Virus record (IMG/VR): IMGVR_UViG_3300027419_000052
Location: 1 to 44,387 of that record
DNA: 44,387 nt
Direction: 5' to 3' (one strand)
From: a virus
Lineage: Duplodnaviria; Caudoviricetes
The notes under the pieces are model-generated. The model saw only the letters and a list, made by a program, of their open reading frames with translations, ran no database searches and was not told the DNA's origin. Of this stretch, positions 36,771 through 44,387 are shown piece after piece; position 1 is the stretch's first letter, and each line of letters starts with the position of its first letter. Made by a program: the position numbers and the translations under genes.

Positions 36771-37161
36771 TATTTTCCCCCTTCGTCATTTTGATATTCT
36801 TCGTATGCCTTCTGGCAATATTTTTATACCACATTTCAGCCTCACGAGCTGCTCCAAAATTCCACATGGCCAAAGTAAGATGCGATAGTTCGTATCCCCT
36901 TTCAAGAAGATCTATATCTACTGTTTTATCTCCTAGCCAAGCATACGTTAATTTTTCTCCCCTGATCCACGCGAACGCGTGTCTTAATCCTGCATTCCAA
37001 TATCGAATTTTGCTTTCAGGACAAAAATTTCTCCATGTCTCTGTATTCCCGTATTTCTTCTTTGCTGCTAGCGCTACTTGTCCCAATTCAGAAAACGCTA
37101 CTATGGGCACGTCATCATAGACCGGCTTATTTGAGTAGTCCTTACAGTCTTTATTTTTCAT
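36748..37161 (-). CDS. dATP/dGTP diphosphohydrolase domain protein (DUF5664-like)
   Basis: KPVYDDVP, KKYG...W, AGLRHAFAWIRGE and LSHLTLAMWN signature. Confidence 0.75.
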   Translation of the reverse strand: MKNKDCKDYSNKPVYDDVPIVAFSELGQVALAAKKKYGNTETWRNFCPESKIRYWNAGLRHAFAWIRGEKLTYAWLGDKTVDIDLLERGYELSHLTLAMWNFGAAREAEMWYKNIARRHTKNIKMTKGENNGFFKIR

Positions 37162-37321
37162 GAGAGGCTCTCGCTATTCCATTTTCTACGAGTCTTTGGA
37201 ATACCCTTAAAAGTGCTGAAAATGTAGGTGCTCCTCCCCTCATTCCATTATCGGTCTCAAATAAATATTCTTTTTCTGGAGTTTGAATTATTGTGATCTT
37301 TCCTGCAAATAGTGTTTTCAT
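37151..37321 (-). CDS. Small hypothetical protein (56 aa, MKTLFAGK...)
   Basis: Translated by hand; AAGGAG SD. Confidence 0.6.
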   Translation of the reverse strand: MKTLFAGKITIIQTPEKEYLFETDNGMRGGAPTFSALLRVFQRLVENGIARASHEK

Positions 37322-37330
37322 AAATTCTCC

Positions 37331-37534
37331 TTAGTTGTGCGTCGTAAGCGGCCCTATTTCCGGAGGATCCCTTACGAGCGACGTCAAAGCAAATTCAAAT
37401 TCCCGTATACTCTGTTCCCTATTGTGAATACTAGAAACTATTGCAGACACATGCTCTGTATACTCACACTTCCTATCCGGTATTGTGAGATCCTTAATAT
37501 CCTGATATGTTATTTCTTCAAGTTCAAGTAGCAT
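37331..37534 (-). CDS. Hypothetical protein
   Basis: TAATG coupling with the M23 gene. Confidence 0.6.
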   Translation of the reverse strand: MLLELEEITYQDIKDLTIPDRKCEYTEHVSAIVSSIHNREQSIREFEFALTSLVRDPPEIGPLTTHN

Positions 37535-38064
37535 TATATGCTCCAGCTTCCACCTAATAGAGTTCTTGGATTGACAAGCCTTCCCCGATTATCAATGATC
37601 TGCCAGTGAATATGTCCTCCAGATGAATGTCCTCTTGCCTTATCTGCTCCTCCGCTATAGCCTATAAGATCACCAGTCTTAACTTTTTGGCCCGGAAGAA
37701 CGACAAGCCAATTTCTAGCCCTGAAATGTCCGAGTCTGTGTTCTCTTCCTTCTTTATCTACTATGTAAATATGATTTCCGATATCCGGAAGCCATCCTAC
37801 ACATACTACATCTCCGTCGCAAGGTGCTTTAACTTCAGTTCCGGAAGGACACGGCATATCCCAGTGTCCCCTAGCTTTTTCTCCTTGAGAAAAAGTCGTT
37901 GACAGGTATCTATATTGGTCAGGCAGAGGAGAAGCATAGTGGGGGTTATGCTCCTCCGCCGTTTGGGCGAATGCCCGATCAAAGGACTGAACTACTGCCA
38001 AGGAGATCAATACTCCTATTAAGCAGATCAGTAATACCTGTATGATGATTCTTACAAAATTCAT
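37534..38064 (-). CDS. M23-family peptidase with signal peptide
   Basis: GTEVKAPCDG, GNHI, GQKVKTGDLIGYSG, HIH and VNP motifs; hydrophobic N-terminus then AFA. Confidence 0.88.
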   Translation of the reverse strand: MNFVRIIIQVLLICLIGVLISLAVVQSFDRAFAQTAEEHNPHYASPLPDQYRYLSTTFSQGEKARGHWDMPCPSGTEVKAPCDGDVVCVGWLPDIGNHIYIVDKEGREHRLGHFRARNWLVVLPGQKVKTGDLIGYSGGADKARGHSSGGHIHWQIIDNRGRLVNPRTLLGGSWSI

Positions 38065-38264
38065 TAGACATATCTCCTGCTAAAATTTACTGTAATTCCT
38101 CCGATATCGATCTTCTGAATTATCTTACCGTAGTCATTGTAGATCTTCTCTACTGTTTTTGGTGTCAGTTTTTTATGAGCTGCCATATACCTATTCAGAT
38201 TGAACGATCTTCCATTACTTTGTACTCTCTTTGAACTTATTCTTCCAAACTCCATAATGATCAC
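38064..38264 (-). CDS. Small basic hypothetical protein
   Basis: AAGGAG SD; TAATG coupling to the next gene. Confidence 0.6.
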   Translation of the reverse strand: MIIMEFGRISSKRVQSNGRSFNLNRYMAAHKKLTPKTVEKIYNDYGKIIQKIDIGGITVNFSRRYV

Positions 38265-38286
38265 TCCTTCTATACCTATGGTGGGT

Positions 38287-38568
38287 TTACTTGCTCAAAG
38301 GGCGCAGTCCATCGAGCGCACGCGCTGCATTTAGTTCTTTAAGATTCATATAACGCTTTGGAACGATCCGAATGTACTTGGCACTCTCTGGTAAAGCGTC
38401 GTATGATAAATGCCGGATCCTTTTCCGCTCTATTCTATTTTTATTTATTCTTTTAGCTCCTGGCCTATAGATCGTTTTTACGATAGATTCAGGCCGTATT
38501 TCACGAAGTCCGTATTCCTTATCATACTTTTCCCATTCTACTTTAGTTCCTCTGAATGACGTTTTCAT
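38287..38568 (-). CDS. Basic hypothetical protein
   Basis: GGGAGG SD; 93 aa. Confidence 0.65.
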   Translation of the reverse strand: MKTSFRGTKVEWEKYDKEYGLREIRPESIVKTIYRPGAKRINKNRIERKRIRHLSYDALPESAKYIRIVPKRYMNLKELNAARALDGLRPLSK

Positions 38569-38985
38569 TTATTCGCCTCCCTATATTTTCGTAGTCAGAT
38601 TCATTCCACATCATTATCGTATCGGCATCGAGTCCTTTCTCAAGAGTGTCTATAGAAAAGGGCTGCTTCGGTACTCTCCTTAAAAACTCACTTGCTAGCT
38701 TGATCATAATTTTGTTTTCTTTCAGTGCATCTTTCAGAACAAGTGGTATTATATTTTATACACTTGCGAGTCCCTAGCGCATCCTGATACTGATACTCAC
38801 ATTCCCCTTTGTACCGATCTTCATTCAGCCACTGTCTTTCCATTTTCCGCCTTCCTTTCTTCTTTATTCAGATATAGACAGTATCTTTCCGCGAATTCTT
38901 TCGTATAGAACTTAAACATGACTTTCCCGTCCTTTAGAATGCAGTGCATTATACCCTTCTGATCTACACTATACATTGCTTCCTC

Positions 38986-39483
38986 CTAGTATATGAAAAC
39001 TTCAGATCCTACTTCAAGAATTCTGTATACTTTCTTTAAGTCCTCTTTTCTCATCCGGATGCAGCCATGCGTTACTGCTTTGCCGATCGTACTCTCGTCC
39101 ATAGTTCCGTGTATCATTATTTCATTCGGCATGTACAGTGCATAATCTCCTAGTATCCCTTCCTGCGGTTTGCGTTCCTCTAAAGGAACGACCGGCAAGT
39201 TCATTTCCTCATAATACCAATCGGGCGGAGTCCATAACGGGTGTTCAGTTTTGCGATATATCCTAAAATATCCCTTAGGAGTCTCGAACTTGTATTCTTT
39301 CCCATTGAGGATCTTTTTTTCTTTACTTCCTGTAGCACAATCGTATGTGGCCACACATAAAAACCCTTTATATACCGATATTTTATTTTCATTTAAGTCT
39401 ACCTCCGCCCTTGCTTTGATCGATGCTAGTCCGGTATGACATATAAGACATAATATTATTGCACAGCATAATATATATCTCAT
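38986..39483 (-). CDS. L,D-transpeptidase (YkuD domain) with signal peptide
   Basis: TPKGYFRI, PLWTPP and catalytic IHGT...AVTHGCIRM motifs. Confidence 0.92.
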   Translation of the reverse strand: MRYILCCAIILCLICHTGLASIKARAEVDLNENKISVYKGFLCVATYDCATGSKEKKILNGKEYKFETPKGYFRIYRKTEHPLWTPPDWYYEEMNLPVVPLEERKPQEGILGDYALYMPNEIMIHGTMDESTIGKAVTHGCIRMRKEDLKKVYRILEVGSEVFIY

Positions 39484-39485
39484 AT

Positions 39486-39743
39486 TTATCCGTATATTCT
39501 ATGGTAGTACCTATCCGCTATATCTTCTAAATACCTCCACTCTGTTACAAGCAGATCTTCTTGATCCTCGTATATGTATGCTCTTGCTAGGTCTAAATGC
39601 TTTAAAATCTCCTTTAAACGACCTTTTGGGCCAACCCTCTTTATTATCATACTGTTTAAACGCGCCCGTTTTGTATTCTTTTTTAAATATGGCATACTTA
39701 TGTCCCCTTCCTTAGAAACTTGCCGGACTATTCTTGTCATCAA
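39486..39743 (-). CDS. Hypothetical protein
   Basis: ORF in the packed - arm; true start may be the internal MPY after AAGGGG. Confidence 0.55.
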   Translation of the reverse strand: MMTRIVRQVSKEGDISMPYLKKNTKRARLNSMIIKRVGPKGRLKEILKHLDLARAYIYEDQEDLLVTEWRYLEDIADRYYHRIYG

Positions 39744-39880
39744 GTCTCCACGTTGTACAAAATCCTGTTTTCTTATCGTTGCTATGTCTATGCAGAATCT
39801 TAGGATCCATCACGAATTTCTCGGTATCTCCCATCGTTTTCTGTTCTCGGCCTGTAGTTTTCTTTCTCCCCGTATTGTGC

Positions 39881-40423
39881 TCATAGTTTTATATATTCCT
39901 TGTCTTCATAATATCCGTATCCAGTAGGTTCCACGCCGTATATCTTTCTTCCAACGAATCGTGCGACTTGAGGAATATCACACGATTCCAGTTCGATCGC
40001 TACGCGCTCATGCGCAGAAAACCATTGCATTGTTGAAGGAACCACACATCCACAGTGAGCGTATCCCAGGCCATAAATATCTATTACCACGCACTCTATG
40101 CCATTTCTTTTACAAAAATACTCGTATAGCAGCGCATGTCCTACACACGATCCTTTTCGGGCATTTAATACCTTTAAAGGTGTGTTCAGTTCTCCATTCG
40201 GATCTTCACAGTAGCCTATATTTTGCCATACCCAAAAGAAGAATTCATTGATGTCATCTTTATAATAATCTACTACTCTATTAAGATCATTTTCTGTCCA
40301 CGGTCCCCATTGTGTGACTTCTTTTTCAGGAATGGTCTGTTCGATGATCTCTTTATTCACATGCCCGCATCCGGACATTGAAATAGCTATTAAAACTGCT
40401 GCTAGAATAATGTATGCCTTCAT
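39881..40423 (-). CDS. Lipoprotein with transglutaminase-like cysteine-protease domain
   Basis: Lipobox-like ISMSG-C; WVWQNIGY, GSCVGHALL (Cys) and AHCGCVV (His). Confidence 0.8.
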   Translation of the reverse strand: MKAYIILAAVLIAISMSGCGHVNKEIIEQTIPEKEVTQWGPWTENDLNRVVDYYKDDINEFFFWVWQNIGYCEDPNGELNTPLKVLNARKGSCVGHALLYEYFCKRNGIECVVIDIYGLGYAHCGCVVPSTMQWFSAHERVAIELESCDIPQVARFVGRKIYGVEPTGYGYYEDKEYIKL

Positions 40424-40592
40424 TGCATTGCCCCCAATATGATCAGTATTAAAAGAAAAAATATGAAAATCAAAAAATATTCATACTTGACTGCAAAGTT
40501 CTTTAAGTGGGTAGACAGTTTTCGATTGTATTTTTTATATTCCTGACTGTTTAAATATTTAAGCGTGTCGAGATCGTGCATATTCTTTCCTC

Positions 40593-40820
40593 CTATAGAT
40601 AGTATTTTTCTGGATTCTTTGTGATATTTTCTCGAATTACTTTATTTATCACTGACTGATACGGGAAAGCCTCCCATGTTCTATTGCACCAATGAACTTT
40701 TGATCTACCTACTTCTACTCCGTTAGCGAACAGTGCCGCGGTATGCGTGAAGCCATTCCTCCGCGAATACCAATCACAAACTACTGTATATTTTCTTCCC
40801 TTTAGTTTTATAAGTTCCAT
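40593..40820 (-). CDS. Small phage early protein
   Basis: GGAGGG SD; RNGFTH...NRTWE.FPYQSV. Confidence 0.7.
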   Translation of the reverse strand: MELIKLKGRKYTVVCDWYSRRNGFTHTAALFANGVEVGRSKVHWCNRTWEAFPYQSVINKVIRENITKNPEKYYL

Positions 40821-41037
40821 GTTTCACCCTCCATAACTGTGCAACGCAACGTTGCAGCAGTTTAAATTTTTATGCCAAAATATTCCCGTGCTTTATCTTC
40901 TCCCCATATTCCCTTGATCACATCCACCTTTTTCTTTAGCCGGCATTTTCTTGCCCTGATCGTGCTATTCATTTCCGCATATTTTAACGGTTCTATTTTC
41001 TCGTGAATAGTCCTGTATTCGTATCCATGAAGAACTG

Positions 41038-41457
41038 TCATTTTATTTCCTCCATATGCTCTGCTATCCAGCTCTGTTGCTTAGAAGTATATATTCTGTA
41101 TGTTCTTAGCGATAGCCGAACAATCGCCCATTCCTTAATTGACATTTTACCGTATAGCTCAAGTCCTTTTTTCCATGCCATGCGCTCATATGTATACACT
41201 GTAAACGGATCAGCTTCGCCCCGATTTGGCAGTCCTCCGTATTCTGTATCGTCAAGAAAGTGACCGTATTCATGGCATAAAATTAGCTTTGATATTGACC
41301 TCTTCTCCCCTTTAGCAAGGTAAATAAGCCCCATGTCGTGCCTATAGTGACTGTTCCTGAGATGATACACTTTCCCGCACATCTTTATTTTAGCGACCGG
41401 AGACTTTATTCTCTTTATTATCACTCCAGAAACACTCTCCAAAAGATTTAATTTCAT
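41038..41457 (-). CDS. ImmA/IrrE-like zincin domain protein
   Basis: LCHEYGH with downstream ERMAW. Confidence 0.65.
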   Translation of the reverse strand: MKLNLLESVSGVIIKRIKSPVAKIKMCGKVYHLRNSHYRHDMGLIYLAKGEKRSISKLILCHEYGHFLDDTEYGGLPNRGEADPFTVYTYERMAWKKGLELYGKMSIKEWAIVRLSLRTYRIYTSKQQSWIAEHMEEIK

Positions 41458-41459
41458 GA

Positions 41460-41726
41460 TTATTTTCCTTTAAGAGTAGTTCTAAAATTATTCGATATAA
41501 GAATGAATCCGGTTTTATTCATTGCACACGAAACAATTTTAATGCCCCTGTAGAATAAATATCTTTCCACTTGGGATAACAATTCACTTCCGAATGCCGG
41601 CGTGATTATAAAGCTATAAGGAATCGTAACGGATACTCCAAACCTAGGATCCTCTATCTTTATTCGCGCCGGACGAGCATTCGTTGGTCCTAAAAATCTC
41701 ACTAAAAATGCTCTAGTGTTCTTCAT
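41460..41726 (-). CDS. Small phage early protein
   Basis: GAGGT SD; FLGPTNARPARIKI. Confidence 0.7.
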   Translation of the reverse strand: MKNTRAFLVRFLGPTNARPARIKIEDPRFGVSVTIPYSFIITPAFGSELLSQVERYLFYRGIKIVSCAMNKTGFILISNNFRTTLKGK

Positions 41727-41913
41727 TGTACACCTCTTTAATATGCAGGCTTATCAGATACTCTAAATAGCAATCTTCACAAACACAATCCTGCTCGTCA
41801 TTTCCCCTGTAAAACGTAACTTCACACGGTTCTCCGCATTCCTTACACTCTAGTTTCATCTGCCCCACTTCCTTTCTAGCACATTTCCGATACATCAGCA
41901 AGAACTTCTCCAT
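41713..41913 (-). CDS. Small Zn-finger protein
   Basis: CKECG...CEDC; likely start at the internal MKLEC. Confidence 0.6.
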   Translation of the reverse strand: MEKFLLMYRKCARKEVGQMKLECKECGEPCEVTFYRGNDEQDCVCEDCYLEYLISLHIKEVYNEEH

Positions 41914-42118
41914 TTTCTGATATCAGGCCCTCTCTAATTGCCTCCGCTGCCGATCGACCATAGAAGCCCTGCAATTTCCATACTTCCCGTGTCTTTATCA
42001 GATAAGCGAGCGCCTCTAATTGCTGCTGCGGGCTAGCTCCTTCACCTTCACAAAATCCTTCAAAATATGCACATGCCGTGTAGCTGTCTTTAAATTCCAT
42101 TTTAGTTGCCCCTTTCAT
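41876..42118 (-). CDS. Small phage early protein
   Basis: LIKTREVWKLQGFYGRSA motif; likely start at the internal MEFKD. Confidence 0.7.
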   Translation of the reverse strand: MKGATKMEFKDSYTACAYFEGFCEGEGASPQQQLEALAYLIKTREVWKLQGFYGRSAAEAIREGLISENGEVLADVSEMC

Positions 42119-42368
42119 AGATATTTACAACAACCTGAAACAGTCCTTCCTCTGCAATAACCCCAAAAATTTTACCTCTATCAAGTAAACCCTCTATAAT
42201 CGTCTGGTAACGAGATACACTCATCGCAGGACCGCAGTCATCCAGTCCAGTCTTATCTACCATCATCTGAACAATTAGCTTCATTCCTTTTGCGTCTATA
42301 TTTTCTCCTGAAGCGTTCTTTATTTTAAAGGCATCTTCCACACATTCTATTGCGCTTGGTTTTATCAT
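42102..42368 (-). CDS. Hypothetical early protein
   Basis: GAGGT SD. Confidence 0.65.
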   Translation of the reverse strand: MIKPSAIECVEDAFKIKNASGENIDAKGMKLIVQMMVDKTGLDDCGPAMSVSRYQTIIEGLLDRGKIFGVIAEEGLFQVVVNIYERGN

Positions 42369-42379
42369 ATCGCACCTCT

Positions 42380-42610
42380 TTAATTCTTAGATTTTCCAGC
42401 AACGAATCTCTCAATTTCCGGAACATCGACTTCTTTAAGAACTTGAAAGAACAGGTCCGGTGAAAGGACCGCAACGTCCTTGAGCACATAGACACCTTCC
42501 ACTATCTGAACACTATTTCCGCTCTCTTTAAATGGCACTGGTTTCTCATTGAACCGATCTAAATAGCTCATTCTCTCTTTAAACTTCTTGGTCAGTTCTG
42601 CTGATTTCAT
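42380..42610 (-). CDS. Hypothetical early protein
   Basis: GAGGT SD; ATGA overlap. Confidence 0.65.
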   Translation of the reverse strand: MKSAELTKKFKERMSYLDRFNEKPVPFKESGNSVQIVEGVYVLKDVAVLSPDLFFQVLKEVDVPEIERFVAGKSKN

Positions 42611-42900
42611 GATTCTACCTCTGCGCTTTTTAACTGTAGTTCATAATAGTCCGACTCAGACGAGTATTCAAAGTCTACTATCTCTCCCGCTTTCAGTTGC
42701 TCTTTGAATTCTTCTATGCTATCATAATTGTCCTCTAGCTCTTGAATAAGCTCACTATCTGCCGGGTCCTGCTCTTCTAAAATAGCCATAATCCAGTCAT
42801 AGAATACCTTTTTAGCTCCGGCTCTTGTTTTATACGGATATATATTGTACCCGTGACCGCCTATGCTACTGAACCTTTCAATTATAATGTGTACTTTCAT
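42607..42900 (-). CDS. Acidic hypothetical early protein
   Basis: AGGT SD; Asp/Glu-rich C-terminal half. Confidence 0.65.
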   Translation of the reverse strand: MKVHIIIERFSSIGGHGYNIYPYKTRAGAKKVFYDWIMAILEEQDPADSELIQELEDNYDSIEEFKEQLKAGEIVDFEYSSESDYYELQLKSAEVES

Positions 42901-42903
42901 ATG

Positions 42904-43152
42904 TCACCTATCCTTTTCTTTAGTATGCAACAATTCCCACATTATATCCATCTGTATTTTATACTGCTCTTCCGCGTACTTCATCATAGCCCTGAATGCC
43001 TCCGCTTTCACGCTTACCTCAAGCAGTTTTGCCTCGTGTTTGTCCATTTGACTAACACCAAAAGTTCTTGCTTTCTCCCGTATTTTAGCTGCCGTCTTTT
43101 TTGCTTCTCTTTCTATTTCCTTTACCTGTAACTCGTCGTCCATTGTTATCAC
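42904..43152 (-). CDS. Helical hypothetical early protein
   Basis: GAGGTG SD region; tight gene packing. Confidence 0.65.
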   Translation of the reverse strand: MITMDDELQVKEIEREAKKTAAKIREKARTFGVSQMDKHEAKLLEVSVKAEAFRAMMKYAEEQYKIQMDIMWELLHTKEKDR

Positions 43153-43160
43153 CTCTTTAT

Positions 43161-43481
43161 TTAATACACGATTCCCTGTGCTCCCGGTACCGCTCTATCG
43201 ACAAACATCTCAAGGTCATACTCACGAATGCACTTTTCACAAACATATAGCACAGTGTCTTCTTCCGCATCTGGACAGGTCATATAGCTGGCCGGTCCAT
43301 GCAGGTCATCGCAGGTACAACAGTCTTCGGCATCCAATTTTCCCTTTATGAAATCGAGATAGGACTCATCCATGTAAAATCTTACTCCCGTTGCGTATCC
43401 CTCTTCATTTACCAGATACCCGATGTTCGGATATGCTTTCTGCTTAGCGTTTAATACGATTCGTTTCTTCATGATACTCAC
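43161..43481 (-). CDS. Hypothetical early protein with Cys clusters
   Basis: CCTC...CEKC; AAGGA SD. Confidence 0.65.
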   Translation of the reverse strand: MSIMKKRIVLNAKQKAYPNIGYLVNEEGYATGVRFYMDESYLDFIKGKLDAEDCCTCDDLHGPASYMTCPDAEEDTVLYVCEKCIREYDLEMFVDRAVPGAQGIVY

Positions 43482-43832
43482 TTCCTTTCTTTATCTCATC
43501 ACGTTCACATGTCCGGCTTCAATCTCTCTGATGATGTGCTCATAAAGCGCGATGTTCTTTTGGTTCACTGGTCTGTTCTCTATGTGTGCCTGCAATCTCT
43601 CAGATTGAATGGCCTCGCGGTAGGTATTGATAAAGTAGTTCGATATATTGTTCATGTTCATCACGCTCCCACTTTTATAGAATTCACCAGAACATCATCT
43701 CTCTGCTCAAGCTCTTTCACCAGTTCTTTTGCTTTCCAGTCCTTGACCTCTTTTTCTTTCCGGCGTTGGTCTTTCATTATCCAATAGACTTTCGCCATGT
43801 CCCTCACCTCCCTCTCACTTATAGTATTCCCA

Positions 43833-43958
43833 CTATTTACAAAAAATATACATTGATTTTTTCTGGTCCATTTTTACTACGCTCATTCTAGCACACTGTT
43901 CCATCATTGTCAATAGCTCTTTGTCTTTTTTAGTGTTCACCGATTTAAACATGTTCAT
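43833..43958 (-). CDS. First small early gene (3' part of ORF 43833-44126)
   Basis: AAGGGG SD just downstream of the predicted promoter. Confidence 0.5.
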   Translation of the reverse strand: MNMFKSVNTKKDKELLTMMEQCARMSVVKMDQKKSMYIFCK

Positions 43959-43992
43959 CATCCCCTTCTCACTATATGGTATAAAACATCGA

Positions 43993-44021
43993 ATTTTAGC
44001 ATAGCAATCAACAGATATCAA
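43993..44021 (-). promoter_or_regulatory. Sigma70-type early promoter
   Basis: On the - strand, TTGATA-17 nt-TAAAAT with extended -10 TG, pointing into the early genes. Confidence 0.7.
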
Positions 44022-44234
44022 GGCATTGAGTTTTAATCGTGTAGAATTGCCTATAGATGCATTATACGAATTCAAAAAAATAGAACAGAATCTATCAATG
44101 CATTTCAGCCCAGCGGAACACCTCATATTTCATCGCAGGTATATGCAATTATAGCGGTATTGAATATCTGGGGATATCCTATTTTAAAGAGAAAGAAAGT
44201 ACCAAAGAAAGAGAAAGTGCATTTAATAATTATA

Positions 44235-44283
44235 GGATGGATAGAGAATATATATACGTAGTATATATATTCTCTATCCATCC
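44235..44283. repeat. Perfect inverted repeat, 23-bp arms with GTA loop, in the divergent control region
   Basis: GGATGGATAGAGAATATATATAC-GTA-GTATATATATTCTCTATCCATCC; the right arm is also positions 1-23. Confidence 0.95.
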
Positions 44284-44387
44284 ATATTATATATTATTTT
44301 AAAATGCATATTTTCTCAGTTCTATTTTAAAAATCGGGGACGAATAATTCACCTGCAATAATTATGTAAGATATAGCGACGACGCAA
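44261..44387 (+). repeat. Terminal overlap, right copy (identical to 1-127)
   Basis: Exact sequence match. Confidence 0.95.

Noticed and set aside
24321-44000. Stop-codon reassignment suggested by gaps in the ORF track
   Set aside because: Manual translation of the gaps near 25.2-25.4, 36.6-36.8, 37.2-37.3, 38.6-39.0, 40.4-40.6 and 40.9-41.0 kb gives small ORFs under the standard code, and long genes end normally in TAA, TAG and TGA
44235-44283. Protelomerase (telRL-like) site of a linear plasmid prophage
   Set aside because: The palindrome has an unpaired 3-nt centre, there are two such sites, and no protelomerase or partition genes were recognised

Overview
The window is an apparently complete, circularly assembled genome of a tailed dsDNA phage. 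The first 127 nt repeat as the last 127 nt, giving a unit length of about 44,260 bp. It has two opposed arms. The + strand (about 0.2-24.3 kb) carries packaging, head (TerL, portal, scaffold, N4-gp56-type major capsid) and short-tail/ejection genes. The - strand (about 44.0-24.3 kb) carries small early genes, several exported cell-envelope enzymes (transglutaminase-like lipoprotein, L,D-transpeptidase, M23 peptidase), nucleotide-metabolism genes, a replication module (RuvC-like, SSB, primase-helicase, PD-(D/E)XK nuclease, family A polymerase) and an M15 endolysin. The arms meet at a bidirectional terminator. I recognised no integrase, repressor, RNA polymerase, reverse transcriptase, tRNA or CRISPR array, so it is probably lytic and podovirus-like; the host cannot be determined from the sequence. 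The main unexplained signals are: (1) a ~500-nt, multi-stem non-coding island at 33,995-34,514, a candidate large structured RNA; (2) two long perfect DNA palindromes with an identical 23-nt core and a C-GTA-G loop, which bracket the head module, one lying exactly at the contig break; (3) a cluster of exported peptidoglycan-remodelling enzymes; (4) an ART-like domain apparently nested in a DUF3293-like domain of the 1525-aa putative ejection protein. All family assignments come from motif recognition by eye, not database searches.
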